This document shows positions 39,424-55,462 of a stretch of DNA of 64,000 nt, one piece after another. The translations under genes were made by a program, and so were the position numbers. Within the stretch, counting starts at the first letter, position 1. Every line of letters starts with the position of its first letter. The notes under the pieces were generated by a model that ran no database searches, was not told the DNA's origin, and saw only the letters and a list, made by a program, of their open reading frames with translations. The stretch is from an uncultured beta proteobacterium (GTDB lineage: Bacteria > Pseudomonadota > Gammaproteobacteria > Burkholderiales > Casimicrobiaceae), in contig CAVYID010000010.1 of NCBI GenBank assembly GCA_963768535.1, forward strand, positions 28,132 to 92,131, read 5' to 3'.

Positions 39424-40010
39424 TTGGCACCTTCCGCCGAGGCCTGCTGCTCATGCTCGTGCTGGATCATGGTCTCGAGCTCTTCGACGTCGTGGAGCTG
39501 TCGCGGCCAGCGCCCGGTCCGGATGCACAGGATGCAGCGGATCACCTGCGCGATGCCCTGGATGAACAGCATCCCGCCGGCGAGCGGGATCAGCGCCTTG
39601 AGCTGCCAGATCGGCACGCCCACCGGACTGTTGACGCTCACCTCCTTGTAGCCGAAGGAGTCGTGCGCGTAGCCGTATCCGGCGATGATCAGCGCGGTGA
39701 CGCCGGGATAGAAGAAGATGAAGTACAGCACCAGCTCGATGGTTGCCTGGATGCGCGGCCGCAGCAGCCGGAACAGCACGTCGCCGCGGACGTGGGCGTT
39801 GCGCGACAGCGCGTAGGCGCCCGACATGATGAACAGTCCGCCGTAGAGGATGTAGCTCATGTCGAACGCCCAGCTGGTGGGATTGTTCAGGACGTAGCGC
39901 ATGAAGACCTCGTAGGAGGTCCCCAGCGTCAGGATGAGGATGCACCACGCGAAGGCATGGCCGACGGCCATGCTGAAGCGGTCGATGCTGATCAGGAATG
40001 TCTGAAGCAT
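39420..40010 (-). CDS. TRAP transporter small permease subunit
   Basis: Intact 196-aa ORF with four hydrophobic segments. Its stop overlaps the large-subunit start. Confidence 0.85.
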   Translation of the reverse strand: MLQTFLISIDRFSMAVGHAFAWCILILTLGTSYEVFMRYVLNNPTSWAFDMSYILYGGLFIMSGAYALSRNAHVRGDVLFRLLRPRIQATIELVLYFIFFYPGVTALIIAGYGYAHDSFGYKEVSVNSPVGVPIWQLKALIPLAGGMLFIQGIAQVIRCILCIRTGRWPRQLHDVEELETMIQHEHEQQASAEGAK

Positions 40011-40057
40011 GGCGATTGCTCCTCAGGGCGGCGTCCGGGCGGATCTCACGGTTCGGC

Positions 40058-40088
40058 AAAAAAAAGGCGGCGCATCGCTGCGCCGCCT
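40058..40088 (-). terminator. rho-independent terminator between the TRAP binding-protein gene and the permease genes
   Basis: The minus strand reads GGCGGCGCAgcgaTGCGCCGCC followed by TTTTTTTT. Confidence 0.65.
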
Positions 40089-40130
40089 CCGATAGAGACA
40101 CTTCACGCGCCGCGGGGCCGGCGCAGTCCA

Positions 40131-41301
40131 TCAGAAGCCGAGCTTGCCGTAACAGGTGCTCGTACGCCTGCTTGTAGTCGGCGTTGTTGAAGAAGTAGTA
40201 GTAGCCGACGCGCTTGGCCCACGCCTTCTGCGATTCCCAGACCTTCTCGAAGAACGGGTCTTCGTCGGAGAGCTTCTTGACGAGCACGTCCCAGGCCTTG
40301 AGCTGCGCGGCGAAGATGTCCTTGCGGCGTGCGCAGGACGTGGACATGGTCCTTGTCCTTGAGCTCCTGCAGGTCCATGCGAGTACTTGTCCATGGCCAG
40401 CGCGTAGTTCGACGTCGACGCCGCCTCCGCCGCGTACCGCAGGATCACCTGCAGATCCTTGGGCAGCGATTCGTACTTCTTCTTGTTGAAATCGATCTCG
40501 AAGAACTCCATGCGCCTGGTGGTAGCTGCCCATATAGTAGTACTTCGCCACGTCCTGGGCGCCGAAACGGCGTGTCCGAGGTCGGGTTGTTGAACTCGAA
40601 GGCGTCGATCACGCCGCGCTCCATCGCCGGCACGATTTCGCCGCCCGGCAGCTGCGTGACCTTCATGCCCATGTTCCTGCATCAGGTCGGCCGCCAGGCC
40701 CACGGTGCGGTACTTGAAGCCCTTGAGGTCGGCGGCGCCCTTGATCGGCTTCTTGAACCAGCCCAGCGGCTGCGTCGGCATCGGCATGGCGAAGAACGCC
40801 GACCACGTCGAGGCCCGAGCTTCTTCGACGAGCTCGTCGTAGAACGGCATGCCCTCGCTGTGGATCCAGGCGAGCATCTGGTTGGCGTTGCAGCCGTTGA
40901 CCGGACCGGAACCGAACAGCGAGGCGACCTTGCTCTTGCCGTACCAGTACACGGCAACGGTGTGCGCCGCGTCGATCACGCCCTTGCTGGTGGCGTCCAT
41001 CACCTCGAACGGCTTCACGACCGAGCCGGCGACGAGGTAGTCGATGCGCAGGCGCGCCGCCCGCCATCTCGTTGACGCGCGTGACGTACTGCTCGGCCAT
41101 CTCGTTGAAGATGTCCTTCGCGCCCCACGCGCCCTGCATCTTCAGGACGATCGGCGACTGAGCGACGGAGATCATCGGGAAGCCGAGAGTCGCAGCGCCC
41201 GCGGCCGCGCCAGACGCGGCCTTGAGGAACTTGCGGCGCGGGCTGGTGGCCTGCGGCGCGGCGGGTTGCACTTGCACGGGTGCTTTTTCGATGTTCTTCA
41301 T
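40131..41301 (-). CDS. TRAP transporter substrate-binding protein with twin-arginine signal; frame broken seven times
   Basis: MKNIEKAPVQVQPAAPQATSPRRKFLKAASGAAAGAATLGFPMISVAQ (Tat signal). Then LKMQGAWGAKDIFNEMA.., KPFEVMDATSKGVIDAAH.., MGMKVTQLPGGEIVPAMERGVIDAFEFNNPTSD, AKYYYMGSYHQ, MEFFEIDFNKKKYESLP, DLQELKDKDHVHVLRTP, KDIFAAQLKAWDV.., and the tail YGKLGF*. Extra bases near 41055, 40676, 40564, 40513, 40380, 40325 and 40151. Confidence 0.85.
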
Positions 41302-41490
41302 GAGCCCTCCAGATTGACGTTGTGGAGAAACCGACGTGGCAACGGAGCGCCCCCCTCCGTCTGAACGCATTCACCTCCATGGGCAGCTTCGAGCCGCCTC
41401 GATTTCTTTGTTCAGCTTGCCCGATGATTATGCCCCTCAATTCGGAGTGAGTCCAGACCGCGCCGGAGCCGGCGGAAGCGGATGCGCGCG

Positions 41491-42129
41491 TCACGGCTCG
41501 AGCGCGCGCCGCTCCCGCAGCGCCTGCGCCAGCGTCCCGCTGTCCACGTACTCCAGCTCGCCGCCGACCGGAACGCCGCGCGCGAGCCGGCTGACCTTGA
41601 GGCCGCGCGCCGTCAGCAGCTCGCCGATGGTGTGCGCGGTCGCCTCGCCCTCGTTGGTGAAATTGGTCGCCAGCACCACCTCCTTCACCGCGCCGTCGGT
41701 CGCGCGCCTGAGCAGCCGCTCGAGGCGGATCTCCCTGGGCCCGATGCCGTCCAGCGGCGACAGGCGTCCCATCAGCACGTAGTACATGCCGCCGTAGGCA
41801 TTGGTCTGCTCGACCATCAGCAGGTCGGCCGGCGTCTCGACGACGCACAGCAGGCTCGGGTCGCGCTTCGCCGACCGGCACAGCGCGCAGACCTCGTCCT
41901 CGGTGAACGTGTTGCAGCGCTCGCAGTGGCGGACCGTCCGCGCCGCGTGCTCGAGCGCGCGCGCGAGGCTCACTGCGCCTTCCCGGTCGTGCTGCAGCAG
42001 GTGCAGCGCCATCCGCTGCGCGGCCTTCGGGCCGACCCCGGGCAGGCAGCGCAGCGCACGCGCGAGCTCGTCCAGCCCCGACCCCGGTTCCCGGGCCGTC
42101 GCAGTGCCCGGCTCGCGGCGGGGGTCCAT
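41491..42129 (-). CDS. recR: recombination protein RecR
   Basis: [17 protein letters not shown], zinc finger [16 protein letters not shown], Toprim [14 protein letters not shown]. Intact. Confidence 0.93.
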   Translation of the reverse strand: MDPRREPGTATAREPGSGLDELARALRCLPGVGPKAAQRMALHLLQHDREGAVSLARALEHAARTVRHCERCNTFTEDEVCALCRSAKRDPSLLCVVETPADLLMVEQTNAYGGMYYVLMGRLSPLDGIGPREIRLERLLRRATDGAVKEVVLATNFTNEGEATAHTIGELLTARGLKVSRLARGVPVGGELEYVDSGTLAQALRERRALEP

Positions 42130-42152
42130 GTCGAATCAGCGGCGCGCGGGGC

Positions 42153-42479
42153 TCAGAACGGCAGCTTGAACCCGGGCGGCATGGGCATGCCCGTCGTGAG
42201 CCCGGCCATTTTCTCCTGCGTGGCCGCTTCGACCCGCCGGACCGCGTCGTTGATCGCCGCCGCGATGAGGTCCTCGAGCATGTCGCGGTCCTCGCCCAGC
42301 AGCGACGGATCGATGGTGACGCGCTTGACGTCGTGGCGGCAGGTCATCAGCACCTTCACCAGGCCGGCGCCGGCCTGGCCCTCGACCTCGACGCGGGCGA
42401 GATCCTCCTGCGCCTTCTTCAGGTTGTCCTGCATCTGCTGGGCCTGCTTCATGAGGCCGGCAAGCTGGTTCTTCATCAT
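42153..42479 (-). CDS. ybaB: nucleoid-associated protein YbaB/EbfC
   Basis: [61 protein letters not shown]... Conserved dnaX-ybaB-recR order. Confidence 0.9.
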   Translation of the reverse strand: MMKNQLAGLMKQAQQMQDNLKKAQEDLARVEVEGQAGAGLVKVLMTCRHDVKRVTIDPSLLGEDRDMLEDLIAAAINDAVRRVEAATQEKMAGLTTGMPMPPGFKLPF

Positions 42480-42551
42480 CGGTGGGAGCTCCAGGATGCG
42501 CCGCGCGCCAGCGCCCGCCCGCGTGGCGGGACGCGTGGCCACGGCAATGTT

Positions 42552-44311
42552 TCAGGGCACGCGCTTTATCGAATCCGGCCGGATCCGGGCGTCGAATCGG
42601 GCAATGGTGTCGCGCACGAACGGCTCGCCGCGGAATTCCGCCTCCGCCTTCGCCTTCTGGTCGGCGCGCTCGCGGCGACCCTGCTCGGCCAGCGAAGCGT
42701 CGGCGGCGGCGAGTTCGAAGGTCAGCCGCAGCCTGGCGCCGGTCGCGTTCTCGAGCGCCGCCTTGAGCTTGTCGGCGTACGCCTTCTCGGTCAGGTGGCG
42801 CCGCGCCTCCGGCACGCACAGCACCAGGTCGCGCCCGCTCGCGCGCACGAGCGCGGATTCCGCGGCGAGCTGGCCGGCGATGCCGCCGAGGCCGAGGCTG
42901 GCGACGAACCCAGGCCATTCTGCCGGCTCGGTGGGCAGCGCCACGGCGCCGGCCCGCAAGGCTGCCTCAGCGACGGTCGGGGTTTCCGCACCCGTTCGCA
43001 CCGGCTCGGTGGGTGCGGCTCGGTGGGTGCGGCCTCGGTGAGCGCCGGCGCGGAACGAAGTGCCGCGGTGCCGGTGGGTCCCGTGCGTACGGTCTCGGTG
43101 CGTGCCGGCGCGGTGTCCGCCGACCCGGCGCGTACCGGTCCGGCATTTCCGGGGGTCGGCCGCGCGGGTCGGGTCGCGGGCGCGACCCGGGGCGTTTCGC
43201 CGGTGGGGGACGACCGCTGCGGCTCGCCGCCGGGCTCGAAAGCGAGCAGGCGCAGCAGCGTCATCGCGAAGCCGGTCGCCTCGTCGGGCGCGAGTGCGAG
43301 GTCGGCGCGACCCTGCACGCAGATCTGGTAGGCGAGCTGCACGGACTCGGGCGCGAGCGTCGCGGCGTACGCGGCGACCTGCCCGCCGTCGGACATCGTC
43401 TCGGCGGCCCCGGCGACCGCCTGCTCCGTGGCGATCCGATGGAACAGCGACGCGAGCTCGTCGAGCGCGGACGAAAACCCGATGCTGCGCGCCGCGATCG
43501 CGTCGGCCTCGGCGAGCAGCGCCGGGCCGTCGGCGCGCGCCAGCGCGTCGACGATCCGGTAGACGTGCTCACGGTCGACGGCGCCCAGCATTTCGCGCAC
43601 CGCGTCCTCGCGCACCTCGCCGCTGCCGTAGGCGATGGCCTGGTCCAGCAGCGACAGCGCGTCACGCATCGAACCCTGCGCGGCGCGCGCGATCAGGGCC
43701 AGCGCCGACGCGTCGCCGGCGATGTTCTCCGCGGCGAGGATCGCGCCCAACCGCTCGCCGATGAGCGCCGCCGGCAGCTGCTTCAGGTTGAACTGCAGGC
43801 AGCGCGAGAGCACCGTGACGGGAATCTTCTGCGGGTCCGTCGTCGCCAGCACGAACTTGACGTGCTCGGGCGGCTCCTCGAGCGTCTTCAGCATCGAGTT
43901 GAACGCCTGCTTCGACAGCATGTGCACTTCGTCGATCAGGTAGACCTTGTAGCGGCCGACCGTCGGCGCGTAGCGCGCGTTGTCGAGGATGTCGCGCATG
44001 TTGTCGATGCCGGTGTTCGACGCCGCGTCGAGCTCCAGCAGGTCGACGAAGCGGCCGGCGTCGATGTCGGTGCACGCGGCGCAGGTCCCGCAGGGCGTCG
44101 CGGTCACGCCATGGGTCATGCAGTTGAGGCTCTTGGCCAGGATGCGCGCAATCGTCGTCTTGCCCACGCCGCGGGTCCCCGTGAGCAGGTAGGCGTGGTG
44201 CAGCCGGCCGCGGGACAGCGCGTTGGTCAGCGCCTGGACCACGTGCCCCTGCCCGGCGAGCTCGCCGAACGTCTTCGGCCGCCACTTGCGGGCGAGAACC
44301 TGATAGGTCAT
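42552..44311 (-). CDS. dnaX: DNA polymerase III subunits tau/gamma; frame broken by a 14-bp tandem duplication
   Basis: MTYQVLARKWRPKTFGELAGQGHVVQAL..GTRGVGKTT..CGTCAACTDIDAGRF..YLIDEVHMLS in ORF 42791..44770. The C-terminal domain (WPGFVASLGLGGIAGQLAAESALV...) is in ORF 42552..43001. The two frames join exactly if one copy of ggctcggtgggtgc (43003-43016 and 43017-43030) is removed. Confidence 0.9.
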
Positions 44312-44488
44312 GGACGGTCTGGGGCGTTCGACGGGTGGCGGTTGACGGACGGCAATCGGCGTTCCCGGGTCCGGACGGCACGCGGCCCTGCGTCCCGCCT
44401 CAGGCGCGCACCCCGCCGGCCGCCCGGAACGTTGCCGCGGCGGGGCGCGGGCCCCGCCCGTCCGCGACACCGGACGTCCGACCGCAAA

Positions 44489-44588
44489 GGGTGGCGAGCC
44501 GTTCCCCCGGCACTTGCAGTGAGTCGCTGTGGCTGCTTCCTTCCGGACCTGACCAGGTTCACGACGCTGCAATGCGGGGCGACCCGCC
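44489..44588 (-). ncRNA. ffs: signal recognition particle RNA (4.5S-type)
   Basis: The minus strand contains CCUGGUCAGGUCCGGAAGGAAGCAGCC (the conserved domain-IV motif, identical to the E. coli 4.5S core). It is flanked by complementary arms: GGCGGGUCGCCCCGCAUUGCAG pairs with CUGCAAGUGCCGGGGGAACGGCUCGCC. It lies directly upstream of dnaX, a common arrangement. Confidence 0.85.
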
Positions 44589-44796
44589 GTTGATCTGTCG
44601 CGCCAACAGCGCGAGCAGGCATTATCGGCGATCGCTCCCGGGTCAGCAAGCGCGCCCGCGGTTTGCGTCCCCGGTGGCGCGGCGACCGTCTGGCCGCCCG
44701 CCCGGCCGCGCTGTCGCGCGGGCGCCCCGACGGCATCGCTATAATCGCCCGCGTCACCGTCGATCGCCACCTTCCTCCTTCGCCGCCCAGCCGCCC

Positions 44797-47655
<2,859 letters not shown>

Positions 47656-47705
47656 GGCGCGAGTTTACCAAAGGTGGCTTGCATTCGCCGGCTTGTGTGG
47701 CCGGG

Positions 47706-49026
47706 TTACGAGTCGTCGTCGCGCGCCTTCCGGTCCTGCGCGCGCAGCCATTCGAGCCGCTCGCGGATCTTCGCCTCCAGCCCCCGCTCGGTCGGCGCAT
47801 ACCAGCGACGGCTCGGGCATTCCGTCGGGAAAGTAGCGCTCGCCGGCGGCGTAGGCGCCCGCCTCGTCGTGCGCATAGCGGTAGCCCTTGCCGTAGTCGA
47901 GGTTCTTCATCAGCCGGGTCGGCGCGTTGCGCAGCCGCAGCGGCACCGGCCGCGAGCCGTCCTCGGCGATGAACGCGCGGGCGGCACCGTAGGCGGCGTA
48001 CACGGCGTTGGACTTCGGCGCGCAGGCGAGATAGACGACCGCCTCGGCCAGCGCCAGCTCGCCCTCCGGCGTTCCCAGCCGCTCGTAGACCGCCACCGCG
48101 TCCAGCGTCAGCGCCAGCGCGCGCGGATCGGCGAGCCCGATGTCCTCGCTCGCCATGCGGATCAGCCGCCGGCCGACGTAGAGCGGGTCGGCGCCGCCGT
48201 CGAGCATCCGGCACATCCAGTACAGCGCCGCGTCGGGATTGCTGCCGCGCACCGACTTGTGCAGCGCCGAGATCTGGTCGTAGAACGCTTCGCCGCCCTT
48301 GTCGAAGCGGCGCAGCGAGCGCGCGATCGTGGCCTCGACGAAGGCGAGGTCGATGGGCGTGGTCCGGTTCCCGCCGGCCGCGGTTCCGAGCTGCTCGACC
48401 ATGTTGATCAGGCGGCGGCCGTCGCCGTCGGCGTAGGCGATCACCGCCGCGCGCGCATCGGGGGCGACGGCCACCCCCGGCAGCGCGGCCGTCGCGGCGC
48501 GGTCGAAGAGCTCGCGCAGGTCCTCGGCCGTCAGCGGCTCGAGCACGTAGACGGCGGCGCGCGAGAGCAGCGCGCCGATCACCTCGAACGACGGGTTCTC
48601 GGTGGTCGCGCCGATGAACGTCACGAGCCCCTGCTCGACGAACGGCAGGAACGCGTCCTGCTGCGCCTTGTTGAACCGGTGCACCTCGTCGACGAACAGG
48701 ATGGTGTGGCGACCCGATTGCGCCAGCGTCGCCTCGGCGCGCGCCACCGCGTCGCGGATGTCCTTGACCCCCGACAGCACCGCCGACAGGGCGATGAAAT
48801 CGGCGCTGAACGCATCGGCCATCAGCCGCGCGAGCGTGGTCTTGCCCACACCCGGCGGGCCCCACAGGATCATCGAGTGCGGCTTGCCCGAGGCGAAGGC
48901 CACCGCCAGCGGCTTTCCCGGCGCGAGCAGGTGCCGCTGCCCGATCACCTCGGCGACGCTCTTCGGCCGCAGGCGCTCGGCGAGCGGCGCGGCCGGGTTG
49001 GACGCGGCAAACAGGTCGCTGGTCAT
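47706..49026 (-). CDS. rarA: replication-associated recombination protein A (AAA+ ATPase); frame broken once near the C-terminus
   Basis: LRPKSVAEVIGQRHLL, WGPPGVGKTTLA, LFVDEVHRFNKAQQDAFLP, ALHKSVRGSNPDAALYW. The last 40 aa (RWYAPTERGLEAKIRERLEWLRAQDRKARDDDS*) are in another frame. Extra base near 47809. Confidence 0.9.
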
Positions 49027-49053
49027 GCGTGCGGGCCGGCCACGACGGCCGGT

Positions 49054-49691
49054 TCATTCGCCGACGACGTCGGCCCCCTTCGGCGGGACGAAACGGAACT
49101 GCGCCGCGTCGAGCGGCGGGTTGCGCTCGAAGGTGCCGAATTCCAGCGTGGTGAGATTGCCGAAGGCGTCGGTCAATTCCATCCGCCGCGGCAGGTTGTC
49201 GCGGAAGCCGATGCGCACGCGCTCGAAGCCCGTGTCCGCCGCCTTCGGCCGGGCATCGACGAACTCCAGCCCGTCGCTGCGGCCGGCGTCGACGAGGTCG
49301 AAGTTCTTCTCCAGTGCGTTGTCGCCGGCGAGCAGCGCCGCCGGGCTGCCGCCGAGCGCCACGTCGAGCGTGCGCACGATCACCTGGTTGAGGTCGCGGT
49401 CGTAGATCCACAGCTTGCCGCCGTCGCCGACGATCAGCTGCTCGTAGGGCTGCTCGTAGGCCCAGCGGAACCGGCCCGGGCGCTGGAACGTGAACGTTCC
49501 CGTCGATTCCTGCGCCGGCGACCGGCCGCGCGGGGCGACGGTCTGGCGGAAGGTCGCCTTGCCGCTGCTTGCGCCGCGGTGATGAACGCGTGGAGCTGGT
49601 CGAGGCCGGCGCCCTCGCCGGCGCTCGCCGCCGCGAGGCACAGCGCGCCGGCCAGCGCGCGCCAGCCGCGGCGGGTCAGCTGCCGGCCCAT
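49054..49691 (-). CDS. lolA: outer-membrane lipoprotein carrier protein LolA; frame broken once
   Basis: Signal peptide MGRQLTRRGWRALAGALCLAAASA, then GLDQLHAFITAA, then SGKATFRQTV..GTFTFQRPGRFRWAYEQPYEQLIVGDGGKLWIYD in ORF 49054..49641. About two extra bases near 49572. Confidence 0.85.
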
Positions 49692-50044
49692 GGCTGGGTG
49701 CCGGGAATGTTGGCCACGCAGTTGCCCACGTCGTCGAGAACGACGTACGAGTGGTCGCGGCCGCGGATGTCCTTCTCGCCGTTCACGAGCTTGTACTGCT
49801 GCGCGAACACGCGCCAGCTGTCGAAGGTGCGCTCCGGATCGAAGATGCAGCCGCTCACGTACCACGACGGGCCGCAGAAGTCCTTCGGCAGCAGCGCCTT
49901 GGCGCGCTCGACCGCCTGCGCGGCGGTGATCCGCGGCGCCGTGGCGGGCCGGTCGTGCGGGGGGCAGAATTCCTGGCCCTCCCGGTAGATCAGCACGGGG
50001 CTCGCGAGCGCCGAGCACGTGAACGCGAGCGCCCCCACGGTCAC
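49676..50044 (-). CDS. 122-aa exported hypothetical protein
   Basis: Signal-like N-terminus MTVGALAFTCSALASP. Four Cys residues. Overlaps the lolA start by 16 nt. No motif recognised. Confidence 0.55.
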   Translation of the reverse strand: MTVGALAFTCSALASPVLIYREGQEFCPPHDRPATAPRITAAQAVERAKALLPKDFCGPSWYVSGCIFDPERTFDSWRVFAQQYKLVNGEKDIRGRDHSYVVLDDVGNCVANIPGTQPWAGS

Positions 50045-50074
50045 CGCCAGCGCGCGCCACAGCCCGACGGCTGG

Positions 50075-50173
50075 TCCCGGGTTGAGGTAGCCCGGGTTGA
50101 CGTAGCCCGGGTTGAGCGCGAGCGAAACCCGGGTGGGCCGCCGACGGCGAGCATCCCCCGGGTTTCGCTTCGC

Positions 50174-50187
<14 letters not shown>
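50075..50187. repeat. REP-like inverted-repeat element, copy 2, with stuttered left arm
   Basis: cccgggttgaG gtagcccgggttgaC gtagcccgggttgagcgcgagcgaaacccggg (50076-50133), a spacer, then cccgggtttcgcttcgctcaacccgggctac (50157-50187). Overlaps the last codons of ftsK. Confidence 0.75.
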
Positions 50188-53632
<3,445 letters not shown>

Positions 53633-53660
53633 CGATTTCGCGGCGGCATGACCCGGCCCC

Positions 53661-53749
53661 GTAGCCCGGGTTGAGCGCCAGCGAAACCCGGGGGGATGTG
53701 CCCCCGGGCACGATTGCCCCGGGTTTCGCTGGCGCTCAACCCGGGCTAC
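53661..53749. repeat. REP-like inverted-repeat element, copy 3
   Basis: Arms gtagcccgggttgagcgccagcgaaacccgggggg (53661-53695) and ccccgggtttcgctggcgctcaacccgggctac (53717-53749), downstream of trxB. Confidence 0.75.
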
Positions 53750-53802
53750 GAACCGCGGGCTTCGACGCGCCGCGCGGCGGCAGCGGCGTTCAGGGATCGG
53801 CC

Positions 53803-54514
53803 ATGGCAAAACTCTCGGACCTCAGGAAGCTCGTCGACGCGGCCCGGGCGGCCGCGCCGGCTTCGTCCACGCCGCGCGCCGAACGGGACGAAGCCACCGG
53901 CCGTGCCGAGCGGCGCGCACGGCGGCGCGGCCCGGGCGGCACCACCCCCGCGCCGGAGCATCGCCGCGCAGAAGCACGCCACCGGCGACGTCGATCTGGC
54001 CGCGGCGTTCGCCGACGTGCGGCCGCTGCCGCCCAGCACCCGCGTCCGCCACGCGCCGCCGCGGCCCGCGCCCATTCCGACGCAGCGTCTCGCGGACGCG
54101 CGCGACGCGCTCGAAGCGTCCAAGTACGGGGCCGAGCCCGCGCCGAACACCTGGGACATCGGCCAGGAGCTCGAAGGCGAGCAGACGTTCGTCCGGCGCG
54201 GTCTCGGCGCCGACGTCCTGACCAAGCTGCGGCGCGGGCACTGGTCGGTGCAGGGCGAGCTCGACCTTCACGGGCAGACCTCGGTCGAGGCCCGCGACAC
54301 GCTGGCCGATTTCCTGGCCGAGGCGCGTCAGCACGGCTAGCGCTGCGTGCGCGTCATCCACGGCAAGGGCCTCACCTCGCCCAACCGCGAGCCGGTGCTG
54401 AAGGGCAAGGTGCGCAAGTGGCTGTCGCACTGGGACGACGTGCTCGCGTATTGCGAGGCGCCGCAGCACGCCGGCGGCGGCGGCGCGGTGCTGATCCTGC
54501 TGCGCGGGCGCTGA
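53803..54514 (+). CDS. Smr-domain protein; one frame break plus an in-frame TAG
   Basis: MAKLSDLRKLVDAA... in the first frame. Then DVDLAAAFADVRPLP...LDLHGQTSVEARDTLADFLAEARQHG*RCVRVIHGKGLTSPNREPVLKGKVRKWL...AVLILLRGR*. The Smr motifs (LDLHG, HGKG) lie on either side of the TAG at 54338-54340. Confidence 0.7.
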
Positions 54515-54594
54515 GCGCGCGCTCCATGTCCTCCGGGCTGGCGCCAGCGAAACGGGTGCGGTGCGCTCGATCTCGGCCCGGTCGGCGCAGGCGC

Positions 54595-55419
54595 CTAGCG
54601 GAAGACGCGATGGCCGAGGGCGGGCAGCTGCGCGCGCACTTCGGCGAGCCGCGCGGGATCGACGTCGCCGACGACGATGCCCGGTCCCTCGTCGCGCTCG
54701 GCGACGACGTCGCCCCAGGGATCGATCAGCACCGAATGGCCGTAGGTCCGGCGGCCACTGGGATGCTCGCCGCCCTGCGCCGCGGCGAGCACGTAGCACT
54801 GGTTCTCGACGGCGCGGGCGCGCAGCAGCAGGTGCCAGTGCGCCGCACCGGTCGTCGCGGTGAACGCCGAGGGCACGAGGATCAGCGCCAGCTCGCCCAG
54901 CGCGCGATAGAGTTCCGGGAAGCGCAGGTCGTAGCACACCGACATCCCCACCCGGCCGCAGGGCGCGTCGAACGCGACGGCGGCGGTTCCGGGCTCGATG
55001 GTGCGGCCTTCGTCGTAGCGCTCGTCGCCGCGGGCGAACGCGAACAGGTGGATCTTGTCGTAGCGCGCGACGCGCGCGCCGTCCGGGCCGTAGACCAGCG
55101 AGGCGCTGCGCACGCGCGCGGCGTCGCCGCAGGCGAGCGGCACCGTCCCCCCGACCACCCACGCGCCGTGCGCGCGCGCCATCCGGGCGAGCCAGTCCTG
55201 CTGCACCCCGCGGCCGTCCTCTTCGCGCGCGGCGAGCTTGTCGGTCGCGCGCGCGCCGAGGATGCCGAAGTACTCGGGGAGGACGATCAGCCGCGCGCCG
55301 GCGGCGGCCGCCGCCGCGACGAGCGGCTCGGCCTGCGCCAGGTTCGCCGCGACGTCGCCGCCGGAGACCGTCTGCACGGCCGCGACGCGGAAGGACTGTG
55401 GGGGCTGCATCGGCGTCAT
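54595..55419 (-). CDS. carbon-nitrogen hydrolase (nitrilase superfamily)
   Basis: Intact 274 aa. LIVLPEYF (Glu), RYDKIHLF (Lys), [12 protein letters not shown] (Cys). Confidence 0.85.
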   Translation of the reverse strand: MTPMQPPQSFRVAAVQTVSGGDVAANLAQAEPLVAAAAAAGARLIVLPEYFGILGARATDKLAAREEDGRGVQQDWLARMARAHGAWVVGGTVPLACGDAARVRSASLVYGPDGARVARYDKIHLFAFARGDERYDEGRTIEPGTAAVAFDAPCGRVGMSVCYDLRFPELYRALGELALILVPSAFTATTGAAHWHLLLRARAVENQCYVLAAAQGGEHPSGRRTYGHSVLIDPWGDVVAERDEGPGIVVGDVDPARLAEVRAQLPALGHRVFR

Positions 55420-55462
55420 CCTCGCGGGTGAAACGGCGGTTGCGCAGTGCGTCGTGCCGCGG

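Noticed and set aside
42552-44311. Programmed ribosomal frameshifting in dnaX (as in E. coli tau/gamma) as the explanation for the split gene
   Set aside because: No A-rich slippery heptamer or downstream hairpin lies at the break. The break coincides exactly with a 14-bp tandem duplication whose removal restores the frame.
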